Translations under genes and position numbers: made by a program
Notes under the pieces: generated by a model
What the model was told of the DNA's origin: nothing
What the model saw: the letters and a program-made list of their open reading frames with translations, nothing else
Database searches by the model: none
DNA from: Octopus sinensis
Lineage: Eukaryota
Direction: 5' to 3'
DNA: 38,926 nt
Assembly (NCBI RefSeq): GCF_006345805.1
Contig: NW_021835810.1
Coordinates: 1-38,926 of the forward strand
In this document: in pieces, positions 23,491-35,004 of the stretch
How positions within the stretch are numbered: the first letter of the stretch is position 1
Layout: every line of letters begins with the position of its first letter

Positions 23491-23949
23491 ATAGCCACGC
23501 CAGATGCTGTTGTTTGTCTGATAGGTTCGTAGGTAGGTGGGTAAGCAGACGGGCTGGTGTTCAACCTGCAGGGTGGTCGAGTATTAGGAAGCGAATATAC
23601 AAGCCATTTGTGTTCAACATGTGTACAATATGTTAAGTACGTGCACACCACATGTACCGAATATTAATACAAAGTACACACATCCCTATAAATTTTCTTT
23701 AAGCCAACAGATACCAGCCCCTACTTACGTCTGCATCTGCCTACCATGCCACCAAACTACGTAACCTTCCCATCTACTTCCACAAAAAAACCCCACTTCC
23801 ATACCAACCTGCCTACCTACGTTTCTAATCCACCCGTTTCCATCCGTGCATTCGTACTTCTGTTCGTTTCTCACTCCACTCCTCCATTCTCTCTTTTCTT
23901 TTACATATCAACATCTTTACTAAGCTACCTACATACATACCTAGCTTTC

Positions 23950-24120
23950 TGTCTGTCTATCTATCTATCTATCTATCTTTTTTCTCCCCAAAAAGAAAAG
24001 CTCCACTTTGTAATTTGTCCCCACTGTGTTCAGCTCTGTGTGGCTAATAAAGAAACATATCTATCTATCTATCTATATATCTATCTATCTATCTATCTAT
24101 CTATTTACCTGGGTGTCTGT

Positions 24121-24152
<32 letters not shown>

Positions 24153-25200
24153 GTCTGTCTGTCTGTCTGTCTATCTATCTCTCTCTCTATATATATATAT
24201 AACAACTGTCAATCTCTATCCTCTCTCTCACTCTATCTATCTGTCTACCTATCTATCTGTCTATCTATCTATCTATCTATCTACCTATCTATCTATCTAC
24301 ATATCAATTCATTTATTTAGTCATCCCATCTATCTGCCTAACAACCAGTCTTCCATCGATATGCGCCTATACGCTTGCTCAACCTACAAAGAACAGCTAC
24401 ATCTTCCAGGAATCACATCCCACCCCCAGCTCATGGTCTTAGAAAAACAAAGAACATACATTGGATAATGTAGTCCTGGGTGGGTTTCCTTCACATAAAT
24501 ATAAATTGACAAGAGGGTCACGGTTGGAATCCCTTTGATCGCAGGTCCTGGGTCTAAACAATAACAACAACAATCTCTCCCTCTCTTTCAGTCTATCCTC
24601 ACCACAACACACCTCCTTCCATACCTACCTACCAACCTACCTACATACTTACCTACCTACATACCCAGCTACCTACCCAGTTCCTTGCATTCCTACAATG
24701 TGTCGTTCATAGTTGTTATAAGCTTTACCACCCGCCACCTCAAACTAGAAAATGATGAATTGCAGGAGTAGCACCATTAACAGCAGTGGCAACAAGAACA
24801 ACAACAACAACAACAACAGCAGCAGCAGCAGCAGTAGCAGCAGCAGCAGTAACGGCGGCAGCAAAAGAAGCAGCAATAGAAATAATAATATACACACCAT
24901 CACCACCACCACCACCACCACCACAGCTGCTGCCATTCCTACCACCAACGCCGCAACCTCTACCACCAGCACCACCAGCACCATCTCCACCATCACCATG
25001 ACTACGACCGCCACCACATCCACTACAACTACAACCACCTCCACCGTTCCCCACCACCACCACTACCACCACCACCACTGCCGCCGCCACTCCACTACAA
25101 CCACCACCACATCCACTACAACTACAACTACTTCCACCGTTCCTCACCACCATCACCACCATCACCACCACCACCATAGCTGCCACCACCGAATACATAC
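23950..25200. repeat. (ATCT)n/(CCTA)n and mosaic (CAA/CAG/CAC)n microsatellites
   Basis: Direct repeat runs. They produce the 240-aa YLSI ORF and the polyT/S/H ORFs. Confidence 0.85.
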
Positions 25201-26560
25201 ATAGAACAAAACATACAAATCTGCACATGCACAGACACCAAATACTGCAATATATACACAAAAATACACTGCTGTTGTTGAATTTTCAATGGAGACTTGG
25301 ATCTAGGTTAGAAACCGGCTCTTTCTATATTGGCAAGAAATCATGAAATAGAACTAAATAATGACGTGAAGATTATCATCATCAACGTACCACTATTCCA
25401 TGCGTCAGACAGAATATGTCGAGGCATGATGTCCACAGTTGGATGCCCTATTTGAAGCCAATCTTCACCTGTTTTTTTCTCTCCTGGCTTTGGTCGGGCT
25501 TAGACTGTTGATAGAAAGACGCATGCCCAAGATGCTGCGCAGTGAGACTGAACCCAGTACGACACGGCTGGGAAGCAAGCTACATATGTATGTGTATAAG
25601 TCTGTCTATATGTATGTATGTCTATCTGTCTGTCTCTCTGTATGTATGTATGTATGTATGTATGTATGTATGTATGTATGTATGTATGTATGTATGTATG
25701 TATGTTTGAAACAGTATGAATTATCAAAATTCCTACAAAGTCTGGCGGGCATATTTCATAAAATCTATTTATGTAAAATTATGTAAAATTAATTATACAA
25801 CATCATAGAGAAATAAAAGACGATAATTTTCATTATATTTATCTTTAATTACATTCTGTTATTATTCTTTCAAATAACATATCCGATATGTTTATATCAG
25901 AAAAAAGAAACAAAAACATTTGTTTTCAATTCAAATTTTCTCATCGCCGTACAATCCCAGCCTTTTTTCCTCTTTTTATTTTATTCGTCTTATTATATAA
26001 ACAACATTGCGGATTGTTCTGACGGAACAGAAGGCCAATGTCGATGAGTTGCTTGAATCCATTCCAGTATATTTACAGGTTTCAGTTTCCACTGACATTG
26101 AGACAATGAAAAGCAACGTTAACCCCGATATGAATTAGAACCGTAGTCTAGACCGAGTTTTCGCAACCTACTTTCTCTTTGCAAAACATTTAAATACCTT
26201 CTATGTCTGAGGTGATTGTTTAGGAAAATGCGATGGCACTGGATGGGTACTTCCCAATTCCATACATAGTTCATGGAAGGAAAAGGCGAGGACAAGATCT
26301 CTCCGAACAAATAACAATAATAATTTATTTCGCCTGAATAAGCATTTCATGTCTGGACATCGGTAGCCTGGACGACTTGGTGTGGAAACAGCGGAGCTGG
26401 TAGTTAGACACAAAAATACAAAGGCATTTCCACAGACTCGCAACGTCGATCGCCGTCAAAATTCCAGCTCCATGGAGCTGGTCTAAGTTGCGTCCTGTCT
26501 GGTCAGAAGCCGGGGCCGAAGAGGATGAATGGGTGGTCAAACTTAGCTGCTGATAATGAT

Positions 26561-26655
26561 TGCGCATGCGCATGCGCATAAGGGGCTTCCGTCAGATCTC
26601 CGGAAAGCTCTAATTCTATGTGCATGCGTGGATGAATGTTCCACAATGGCGTCTA
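26561..26655. promoter_or_regulatory. Candidate promoter: tandem NRF1/Ewg palindrome with ETS-like and YY1-like motifs
   Basis: TGCGCATGCGCATGCGCA at 26561-26578, CTTCCG at 26586-26591, CCGGAAA at 26600-26606 and caATGGCG at 26644-26651, within a unique, CpG-richer island. Confidence 0.4.
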
Positions 26656-26924
26656 GAACCAGGCGTGACTGCAACTGCATAAAAAATTATGATATATCTT
26701 CAGTAATCTTTTTGTTTCTTTTTCATAAACCTAAATTTCATAACGTATCAAACAAATCATAAAACTACCTTTCAGAAGGTTTGGAAGTGCTAAATCCATT
26801 AGACGTCTCGAAGAAGGTTGAAGGAATTCCATTTGTTCAAGACCATATCCTTTTATAAATTCCCTACAAAGCGGTAATTTTTCTCAGTAGGGAGTTTGTA
26901 TAGTATTTTTTAAAAAATATCTTT

Positions 26925-27422
26925 TACTTGTTTCAGTTTGCGGGCATTCTGGAGCACCGCCACGAAGAATGTCGATCGATCGAATCGACTACAGTACTTG
27001 ATTTTTTGTTTGTTTTTAAACCTACTCCTTACCCTTTACTTGTTTCAGTCATTTGACTGTAGCCATGCTGGAGCACCGCCTTTAGTCGAGCAAATAGACT
27101 CCAGAACTTATTCTTTGTAAACCTAGTACTTATTCTAACGGTCTCTATTGCCGAACCGCTAAGTTACGGCGACGTAAAAACACCAGCATCTGTTGTCAAG
27201 CGATGTTGGAGGAACAAACACAGACGCACAAACATATACATACACATATATACATATATACGACGGGCTTCTTTCAGTTTCCGTCTACCAAATCCACTCA
27301 CAAGGCTTTGGTCGACCTGAGGTTATTGTAGAAGACACTTGCCCAAGGTGCCACGCAGTGGGACTGAACCCGGAACCATGTGGTTGGTAAACAAGCTGCT
27401 TACCACACAGCCACTCCTACGC
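26925..27422 (-). mobile_element. SINE family B, full length with duplicated tail
   Basis: Reverse complement of the 7448-7842 element. The head ends gccactcctacgcct. Confidence 0.92.
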
Positions 27423-27724
27423 CTATACTTATTCTATCAATTTATCTTGCCGAAACGCTAAGTTACGTAAACACGCCAACATCTGTTGTGAAGCGGTGGT
27501 GGTGGTGGTGGGGGGACAAACACAGAAGCAAACACAGACACACACACAGAAACATACACACGTATATATACACGCACACACACACACACGTGTGTAAAGG
27601 TAAGATCCAAGGATGAAGATATAAGAAGTTAGTGAGCTTCAAGAAATCCGTAGATTCCATCGAATCCCCTGTGAGTTAGCACGGGATCTAACGTCAATGT
27701 AAACTTCATATTGTGGAGGCATCC

Positions 27725-27815
27725 TTGGCCTGAAGAGTAGCGTGTAATCTTCTCCTCGTTTGGGGAATATATTACTTCCGAGGTTCCGCTAAGCTATGAA
27801 ACATATGTAGTCCAG
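27725..27815 (+). ncRNA. Type I hammerhead ribozyme, long stem II, palindromic stem III
   Basis: cttggc CTGAAGA GTAGC [gtaat..ttctcc/ggggaa..attac] GCTAT GAAA CATATG TA gtccag. Core at 27730-27736, GAAA at 27798-27801, GUA triplet at 27807-27809. Stem I forms 5 of 6 pairs. Confidence 0.65.
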
Positions 27816-27999
27816 ATTTTATTTACTTCATTCACTAATTTTTTCACACACACAAACAAATACGCACACACATGCAGATATATGTCTATATACGACGAGC
27901 TTCTGTCTTTAATTATTTAAATTCTTCCTCTGAAGAAGGAGTTGGTTTCTAACAAAGATACAAAGCTCCATCTTCGGAGAGTAGATAACGGCAACAACG

Positions 28000-28385
28000 T
28001 CGCATCTGTTTCACTCATTAGGTTGCGGCCATGCTGGGGCACCGTCTTCGAGAATTTTAACCGAACGAATCGTTACCGGTATTTATTTTTTTTCATACAT
28101 GGTATTTATTCTATTGCTACCCTTTTGACAAACTGCTAAGTTGTGGGAACGTAATCATACCAACAACTGTTGCCAAGCATTGTTGTGGGACAAACACAGA
28201 CAATGAAGCACACATACACACACACACAAATACACACAAGTAACTACTTTCAGTTTCTGTATACCAAATTCACCCATAAAGTTTTGGCCGGTGTGAGGCC
28301 ATGGTAGAAGATACTTGCTCAACGTGCCACGCACTGGAACTGAATCCAGAACCATGACGCTGAGAAGCAAACTTCTTACCTCATC
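28000..28385 (-). mobile_element. SINE family B, diverged copy
   Basis: tttcactcattaggttgcggccatgctggggcaccg...ttcagtttctgtataccaaattcacc...gtgccacgcactggaactgaatcc. Confidence 0.85.
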
Positions 28386-28615
28386 GCCACGCTGTGACTA
28401 TGTATGTGTGCATGTATGTGTATACGTATATATATGTAAATATGTAGGTAGGCAGATGTGTATCTGTGCGCGCGTGTGTGCGTGCGTGCGTGTGAATGTG
28501 AGTGAGTGAGTGTCATGCACACACGCAAACGTACAACGGTTGTTTTGAAACAGCATGAAAAGAAATTACTTTCAGAGAAAGATAGAAAGAGTGAAAGAGA
28601 ATGAGAGAATGAGAA

Positions 28616-28659
<44 letters not shown>

Positions 28660-28874
28660 GAGAGAGGGGGGGGGAGTAGAAGAAAATAAATTTTCGAACG
28701 AGAACGGAATCACCGATTAGCATTGATGTTGTTTCACTTTGAAGTCGAAAAGAAAACATTTAGCAACCATCATTGACTTTAACGATATAATAATACCCTG
28801 ATGACAGCGACGAGGCCATATTGCGATATTTCGTTTATACCACATAGAACAACAGCCAGCAGAGTTCTTATATG

Positions 28875-29240
28875 ATTATTGTCATTATTATTATTATTTT
28901 TATTGTTATTATTATCATTATTATCATTATTATTATTATTGTTAAGAGAGTATTATTATTATTATTTTTTCCTTACTTCCTTTCTTTCTTTCTTTCTTTC
29001 TTTTTTCTTTCTTTCTTCCTTTCTTTCTTCTCCTTCCTTTCTTCCTTCCTTCCTTCCTTTCTTCCTTTCTTTCTTCCTTTCTTTTTTCCTTACTTCCTTT
29101 CTTTCTTTCTTTCTTTCTTTCTTTTTTCTTTTCTTCTTTCTTTCTTTCTTCCTTTCTTTTTTCCTTACTTCCTTACTTCCTTTCTTTCTTTCTCTTCTTT
29201 TCTTTCTTTCTTTCTTTCTTTCTTTCTTGCTTTGTTCTTT
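28875..29240. repeat. (ATT)n followed by (CTTT/CCTT)n
   Basis: Direct repeat runs. Confidence 0.95.
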
Positions 29241-29520
29241 TGAATTTCGTATGAAGTTTATTAAATCTTTCTTATTTGTTCTCCGTTAGGAAAATAGTGT
29301 GTTGTGTTTCATTTTCGCTTATCTTGCAACTAGACTGATTACTTATGCACCACACGTACATATTTATTCAAACAATCATATCACTGCATATATACAGAGA
29401 TAAATCGCACACACACACTTCCACACCAGTATATATATATATATATTGTATAATGTCCTAGGATTAGAAGAAAATTCGTTACAATAGGCCTCGTGTTTCC
29501 CTCTATGCGGATTTGTGAAA

Positions 29521-29557
29521 CGAATGACAAGCTCGTTTAGAGCGAAACATGTAGCCG
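29521..29557 (+). ncRNA. Decayed minimal hammerhead
   Basis: aTGACAA GCTC gttta GAGC GAAA CATG TA gccg. Stem II, GAAA, palindromic ACATGT and GUA are intact; the CUGANGA box is mutated. Confidence 0.4.
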
Positions 29558-29686
29558 ACTATAACGACTATTAGTCTAATGTAATATAGGATTTTATCCT
29601 CGACTCTTTAAACCGCCATGAGTCTTTTAATTGAAAGTGGTTTCTTTATAATAAAACATTTTTTCTCTCTCTTTCCCCTCTTTCTC

Positions 29687-29738
<52 letters not shown>

Positions 29739-29775
29739 TATATAAGCGGGAAAGAAGCAACAAGAATGGATAGGT

Positions 29776-29866
29776 TTTTAGTACAATCGTTTCATACAAG
29801 GACAGGCTTTATTAAAAGTTGTAAAAATTACAGCATATAAACGTGTCCCGTACTCATCAGCTAAAA
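29776..29866 (-). ncRNA. Type I hammerhead ribozyme, long stem II
   Basis: Minus strand: TTTTAG CTGATGA GTACGGGACA [39 nt] TGTCCTTGTAT GAAA CGATTG TA CTAAAA. 6-bp stem I, ~10-bp stem II and a perfect core. Predicted cleavage between 29782 and 29781. Confidence 0.8.
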
Positions 29867-29990
29867 TACATGTGAGTTCTCTAGACATCCTAGTGGTTGA
29901 GGCTATACTCATGAAGTAATGTAGATAATTAAGTAACATAAACATAAACAGATTTCCAAAGTTCATTACAGTTCTAATATATATATATAT

Positions 29991-30047
<57 letters not shown>

Positions 30048-30724
30048 GCATGTATGTATGTATCAGAAGATAAACAGATAGATAGGTAGATAGATAAATT
30101 GATAGATAGATAGAGAGAGGGGGTAGAGGGGAAGAGAGAGGGCAGAGAGGGGGAGAGAGAGAGAAAACGATTATTAACTCAATTCGACAGTGAGGTCCTG
30201 AATGACATACTCAAAATAATTCTTAAGGAATGAGCTGAAATTTACTTCTGATGTCAAAGAAAAAGCAAAACCCTAGCGGAGTTTGGCTGTAACTCTCTTA
30301 GAAAAAAAGGGAGATAATTTCAAAAAATTAAAAAACGATTTCACAGAAAATTTAATTCTCTCGCTAATTGGGTGTAACGCTTTTTAAATGTTGGAAACGA
30401 ATAACACAGTTAATATTTTCCTATAGATGTTATTTAATTCCAATTTTCAAATGACCCGTGTCAAATATATATGAGTTCCCAATGAAGCTTACAATATCAA
30501 ATTTCCTCAACAGAACAGTTTTTTTCTACCAACCTTATAATTCCGACCATATAATTCCTGGTTCAACCGACCTTATAATCAAGATAAAATTGCATCGTTT
30601 ATTTATTCGAACTAATAATGTACAACAACATTTGATGGAGTTCATTCGGAAATGAATACTTAAATTTATAGCTTATTGATGTTCTTATAATGATTCTGTT
30701 TATTATCCTATACCAATATAGGTC

Positions 30725-30857
30725 AGCGAACCGACAGAATTCTTAGCACACAGGACGAAATGCTTTGCAACATTCCACCCTTCTTCACATTTTGAGTTCA
30801 AATTTAAATTCAAATTCCGCCTTTTCAGCCTTTCCGGGGTCGACAAAATAAGTACCT
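30725..30857 (+). mobile_element. SINE family A, degenerate copy
   Basis: ttagcacacaggacgaaatgc...gagttcaaatt...cctttccggggtcgacaaaataagtacc. Confidence 0.7.
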
Positions 30858-31085
30858 ATTTCTTTACTACCCAGAAGGGGCTAAGCACAGAGGTGACAAA
30901 CAAGGACAGACAGATTAAGTCGATTACATCGACCCCAATGTTTAACTGGTACTTAATTTATCGATCCCGGAAGGATGAAAGGCAAAGTCGACGTCGGCAG
31001 AATTTGAACTCAGAACGTAACGGCAGAGGAAATACGGCTACGCATTTCCCCCAGCGTGCTAACGTTTCTGCCAGCTCACCGCCTT
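30855..31085 (-). mobile_element. SINE family A, full unit
   Basis: Reverse complement of the 2649 unit, ending ttctgccagctcaccgcct. Confidence 0.9.
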
Positions 31086-31196
31086 TCGACAAAATAAGTA
31101 CCAACGGAGCACTGGGATCGATGTAATCGACTTCTCTTTTCCCTCCAAAAATGCTGTCCTTGAGCCAAAGTTTGAAACTATTAGATACCAACAAAA

Positions 31197-31530
31197 GGCG
31201 GCGAGCTGGCAGAAACGTTAGGACGCCGGGCGAAATGCTCAGCAGTATTTCGTCTGTCGCTACGTTCTAGTTCAAATTCCGCCGAGGTCGACTTTGCCTT
31301 TCATCCTTTCGGGGTCGACAAATTAAGTACCAGTTACTCACTGGGGCCGATGTAATCGACTTAATCCGTTTGTCTGTCCTTGTTTGTCCCCTCTATGTTT
31401 AGCCCCTTGTGGGTAGTAAAGAAATAGGTATTTCGTTTGTTGCTACGTTTTGAGTTCAAATTCCCGCCGAGGTCGACTTTGCCTTTCATCCTTTCGGAGT
31501 CGATAAATTAAGTACCAGTTACTCACTGGA
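31197..31530 (+). mobile_element. SINE family A, full unit plus second partial unit
   Basis: ggcggcgagctggcagaaacgttagg...agtaaagaaataggtatttcg...gagttcaaattcccgccgagg. Confidence 0.9.
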
Positions 31531-31784
31531 GTCAGTAAAATCGACTAGTCTCCTCCCACAACATTTCATGCCTTGTACCTATTGTAGAAAGGATTATTAT
31601 CATTATGAAAGGCGGGGGCCTGGTAAAATCGTCGGCATGTTGGGGCAGAATGTCGTAATCTTGATTACTTCTACACCTTGGAAACCGAGTACCAGGCCTT
31701 ATGAATCCTAAGGCCCACAAAATAAATACAGTAATCCCACGACTATTGCCGGTGTTAGGTTCAAAAACTCCTCGCGATAACTCT

Positions 31785-32175
31785 TTACTCTCTTTTACTC
31801 TTTTACTTGTTTCAGTCATTTGACTGTGGCCATGCTGGAACACCGCCTTTAGTCGAGCAAATCGACCCCAGGACTTATTCTTTGTAAGCCTAGTACTACT
31901 TCTATCGGTCTATTTTGCCGAACCGCTAAGTGACGGGGACGTAAACACACCAGCACCGGTTGTCAAGCGATGTCGGGGGGTCAAACACAAACACACAAGC
32001 ATACACACACGTACACACACACATATATATATATACCACGGGCTTCTTTCAGTTTCTGTCTACCAAATCCACTCACAAGGCTTTGGTCGGCCTGAGGTTA
32101 TAGTAGAAGACACTTGCCCAAGGTGCCATGTGGTTCGTAAGCAAGCTACTTTCCACACAGCCCACTCTTACGCCT
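31785..32175 (-). mobile_element. SINE family B
   Basis: Reverse complement from the ctcttttactcttttacttgtttcagtc tail to the ccactcttacgcct head. Confidence 0.9.
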
Positions 32176-32239
32176 AAGTGATTTTTAAGATTATTTTTAT
32201 GATTTGTATATATCTATTTCATTATATATGCAAAACAAC

Positions 32240-32314
32240 ACCACAGAGAAATCGACGTGAACTTAAATAATAAACCGCGATAGGTGAACCGCGATATAGC
32301 GAGGGATTACTGTA
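32240..32314. mobile_element. Right end of a pogo/Tigger-like MITE
   Basis: Ends ccgcgatatagcgagggattactg-TA, i.e. a CAGTAATCCCTCG.. TIR next to a TA dinucleotide. The left TIR was not located. Confidence 0.4.
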
Positions 32315-33678
32315 ATAATAAAACAATTAGATAAACCTCTAATAATACGCCTTGTAGCTGGAGCTATTTTTCGAAGATATTTTGGAAGAGACGTTTTTGT
32401 CAAAGGAAAAGAGCACCCGCACAACATATTTTTAAAAATATTTTCACTTTAAACGAAACAACAGAAAAAAAAAATGACTGCGGACGTCTTAAGACCTATA
32501 CCACCATGACCTCCACCAACATCATAATCACCGCCGCAACCAGCACAAACCTCGCTACCGCCACTACCACCGCTATTATGGCTACCATGACCATCACCAC
32601 TATCATCGCCACCACCACCATTGTCACCACCACCACCATCCTCACTTCACCAATACATACAATCACATTCCATTATCTATTTAGTCTATGAGTCTCCGTT
32701 ATAGAACTTGATATGTTAAAAACAACAGCTAAATATCTTCAGATAACATCCCCCATCTTCTTCGCATAAAAAAGAAAAAACAAAAACAAAAATATGTTGG
32801 ATAACGTGTTCCAGGGTTTTCTGTGCGTAGTTAAAAACAGACAAGATGGTCACGGGAGGTGTGTCTTTGATCACGGATCTGCTCGACAAAGGGCTACCCT
32901 GGAGCTACGCAACAACAATCATAACAACAGCAACAGAGGCACATCTATCACCCTTCGTTTACGACACCACCAGCACCAGCATCATCACCACCACCACCAC
33001 TACCATCAACACTACAATCATGACCAATAACAACAAGAACAATACCGCGAGACGGCACCACCGCCAACGTCTACCACGTGATAGTAAGCCATCACTGTGA
33101 AATTAATTACCATATCGAGAAACCAGCCTGCAGACTGTATCACAGACGACCGGCAACAACTGGAACAGAAGGCCGGCAGATCAAATCAACACGTTTAAGA
33201 ATAGGCGTGAGGGGAGGGGGTGACGAGTGGGCTGGTATAGGTGGGGTGGGGATGGGGGGTCATATGGGTTGGTTGGTTGGTTGGTAGGAGGGGGTGTTGG
33301 TAGTGATAAGGATAGGGATTACGTAAGGGAATGTTGTTCTAGTTCCAGTTGCTGATTTTGATGATGATGGAAACGGTGGTGGTGGTGGTAGTGGTGGTGA
33401 CACAAGGTACAAAAAAAAGGGCACAAAAGTGGCGAATGTTTAGGTGTGGTGGACGTTGTAACATAGAATAGCAGGACGAACAAACACACACGTATTTATT
33501 ATATACGTACATACATACATGCATACGCACACCACACACACACACACACCACACACACACACACACATATATATATATACCAGAGTAAGCACATAAATGT
33601 GAAACAAGGTGGAAAAATAGTAGTCGAAAATTAAAGGTAGAGTAATACGTTTTATCAGTAAAGTTACAGACATCCCAA

Positions 33679-33722
33679 AAACTGTTACTCAGAGTTTCAC
33701 GTTCCCGTTCGTCGGACAGTTT
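33679..33722 (-). ncRNA. Minimal type I hammerhead (C4 variant)
   Basis: Minus strand: AAACTGT CCGACGA ACG ggaa CGT GAAA CTCTGAG TA ACAGTTT. 7-bp stem I, quasi-palindromic stem III ACTC-T-GAGT and a GUA triplet. Predicted cleavage at 33686/33685. Confidence 0.72.
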
Positions 33723-33795
33723 ATATATACAACGCCAGGACGTGGAATAAGTACAGTGTTATTAGATGCTCAGAAAAGGAAAGAAAAGAAAGAGG

Positions 33796-33830
33796 ATTTA
33801 ACGTTTCGAGCGGGGCTCTTCATCAGAAAT
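33796..33830 (-). ncRNA. Minimal type I hammerhead (PLE type, loop-less palindromic stem III)
   Basis: Minus strand: ATTT CTGATGA a GAGC ccc GCTC GAAA CG TT AAAT. 4-bp stem I, ACGT palindrome and a GUU triplet. Predicted cleavage at 33800/33799. Confidence 0.75.
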
Positions 33831-34227
33831 ATAGAAAAAGTCCAAAGAAGGGAAGACGGTTAAAGAAAATCGCCAACGATACACACGCGGTCGCATATGT
33901 GTGTGTGTGTGTGTGTGTGTGTACCTCTATATACTCCATTCATACATACATACATACATACATACAAATATATATATATATATTTATATGTATGTATGTA
34001 TTTATAAAGTATATACATCCCACCAGGGATGAGGTTTTTTTTAAGGTGGTGCTCCAGCATGGCCACAGTCAAATGACTGAAACAAGTAAAAGAATAAAAG
34101 AGATACATACACACACAAACACAAACACACATATATAATCCAATAGAATTCTGGTCTTGTAATCACCTCTACTGGTATTAAGCATCTCGTCTGACGCTCT
34201 GCCAATTATATGCATGAGTAAACAACT

Positions 34228-34552
34228 GGTACTTCCTCGGTTACGGCGAGGAGTATTCCAGTTGATCCGATAAACGGGACGGCCTGTCTGTGAAATTAAC
34301 GTGCAAATGGCTGAGCACTCCACAGACACGCATATCCTTAAAGTAATTCGCAGAGAGACTTAGTGTGACACAGATGTACCCTTGAAATACAGGTGGCTCT
34401 TTGAAATACAGGTACAGCTCATTTTTGCCAGTTGAGTGGACAGGAACAACGTGAAATAAGTTGTCTTGCTGAAGGACGCAACGCGCCGCCGGTAATCGAA
34501 CTCACGATCTTATGGTCGTGGTCCAAGTATCCAAACCACTAAGCCACGCACC
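34228..34552 (-). mobile_element. SINE family D
   Basis: Reverse complement has a tRNA-like head (gtggcttagtggtttgg...gagttcgattaccgg), tcagcaagacaac and the ttgcacgttaatttcac segment. Confidence 0.85.
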
Positions 34553-34593
34553 TTTACGACACGAGTAAAACGTTACCGAATTACAGACATATA

Positions 34594-34906
34594 TTGTTGT
34601 TGTTTTTGTTTGCTCCTTCTCGAGCCATGCCTGGCTCACAAGGGCTGGTTTCCCGGTTTCCTTGGCATATAGGTTCCCCACCTGGACGGGACGCCGGTCC
34701 GTCGCAGGTGAGCTGCAAAATGCAGGAGGAAAGAGTGAGAGAAAGTTGTGGCGAAGGAGTCAACAGAAATTCGCCATTACCTTCTGCCAGAGCCGTGTAG
34801 AGCTTAGGTGTTTCGCTCATAAACAGACACATCGCCTGGTTTGCGATTCGAACCTGCGATCCCTCGACCGCGAGTCCGCTGCTCTAACCACTAGGCCATG
34901 TACTTC
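34594..34906 (-). mobile_element. SINE family C, full length
   Basis: Reverse-complement homologue of 5925-6227, with an (AAC)n tail at 34594-34612. Confidence 0.9.
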
Positions 34907-35004
34907 AACACAGACCTGCATAAAAGAAAACAAGTCTCCAATTTTTTTCTCATCTGCTGCAATCATTACGGCAATAGAGTTCCATGACGAGTCATAGAGA
35001 CTCA

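Noticed and set aside
26200-26260. CLGKCDGTGWV peptide resembling a DnaJ-type zinc-finger repeat
   Set aside because: A single motif bounded by stop codons, with no splice context or second repeat.
28797-28830. CTGATGA at ~28797, and minus-strand cores at ~7110, ~26700 and ~32740
   Set aside because: There is no correctly placed stem II + GAAA + NUH downstream.
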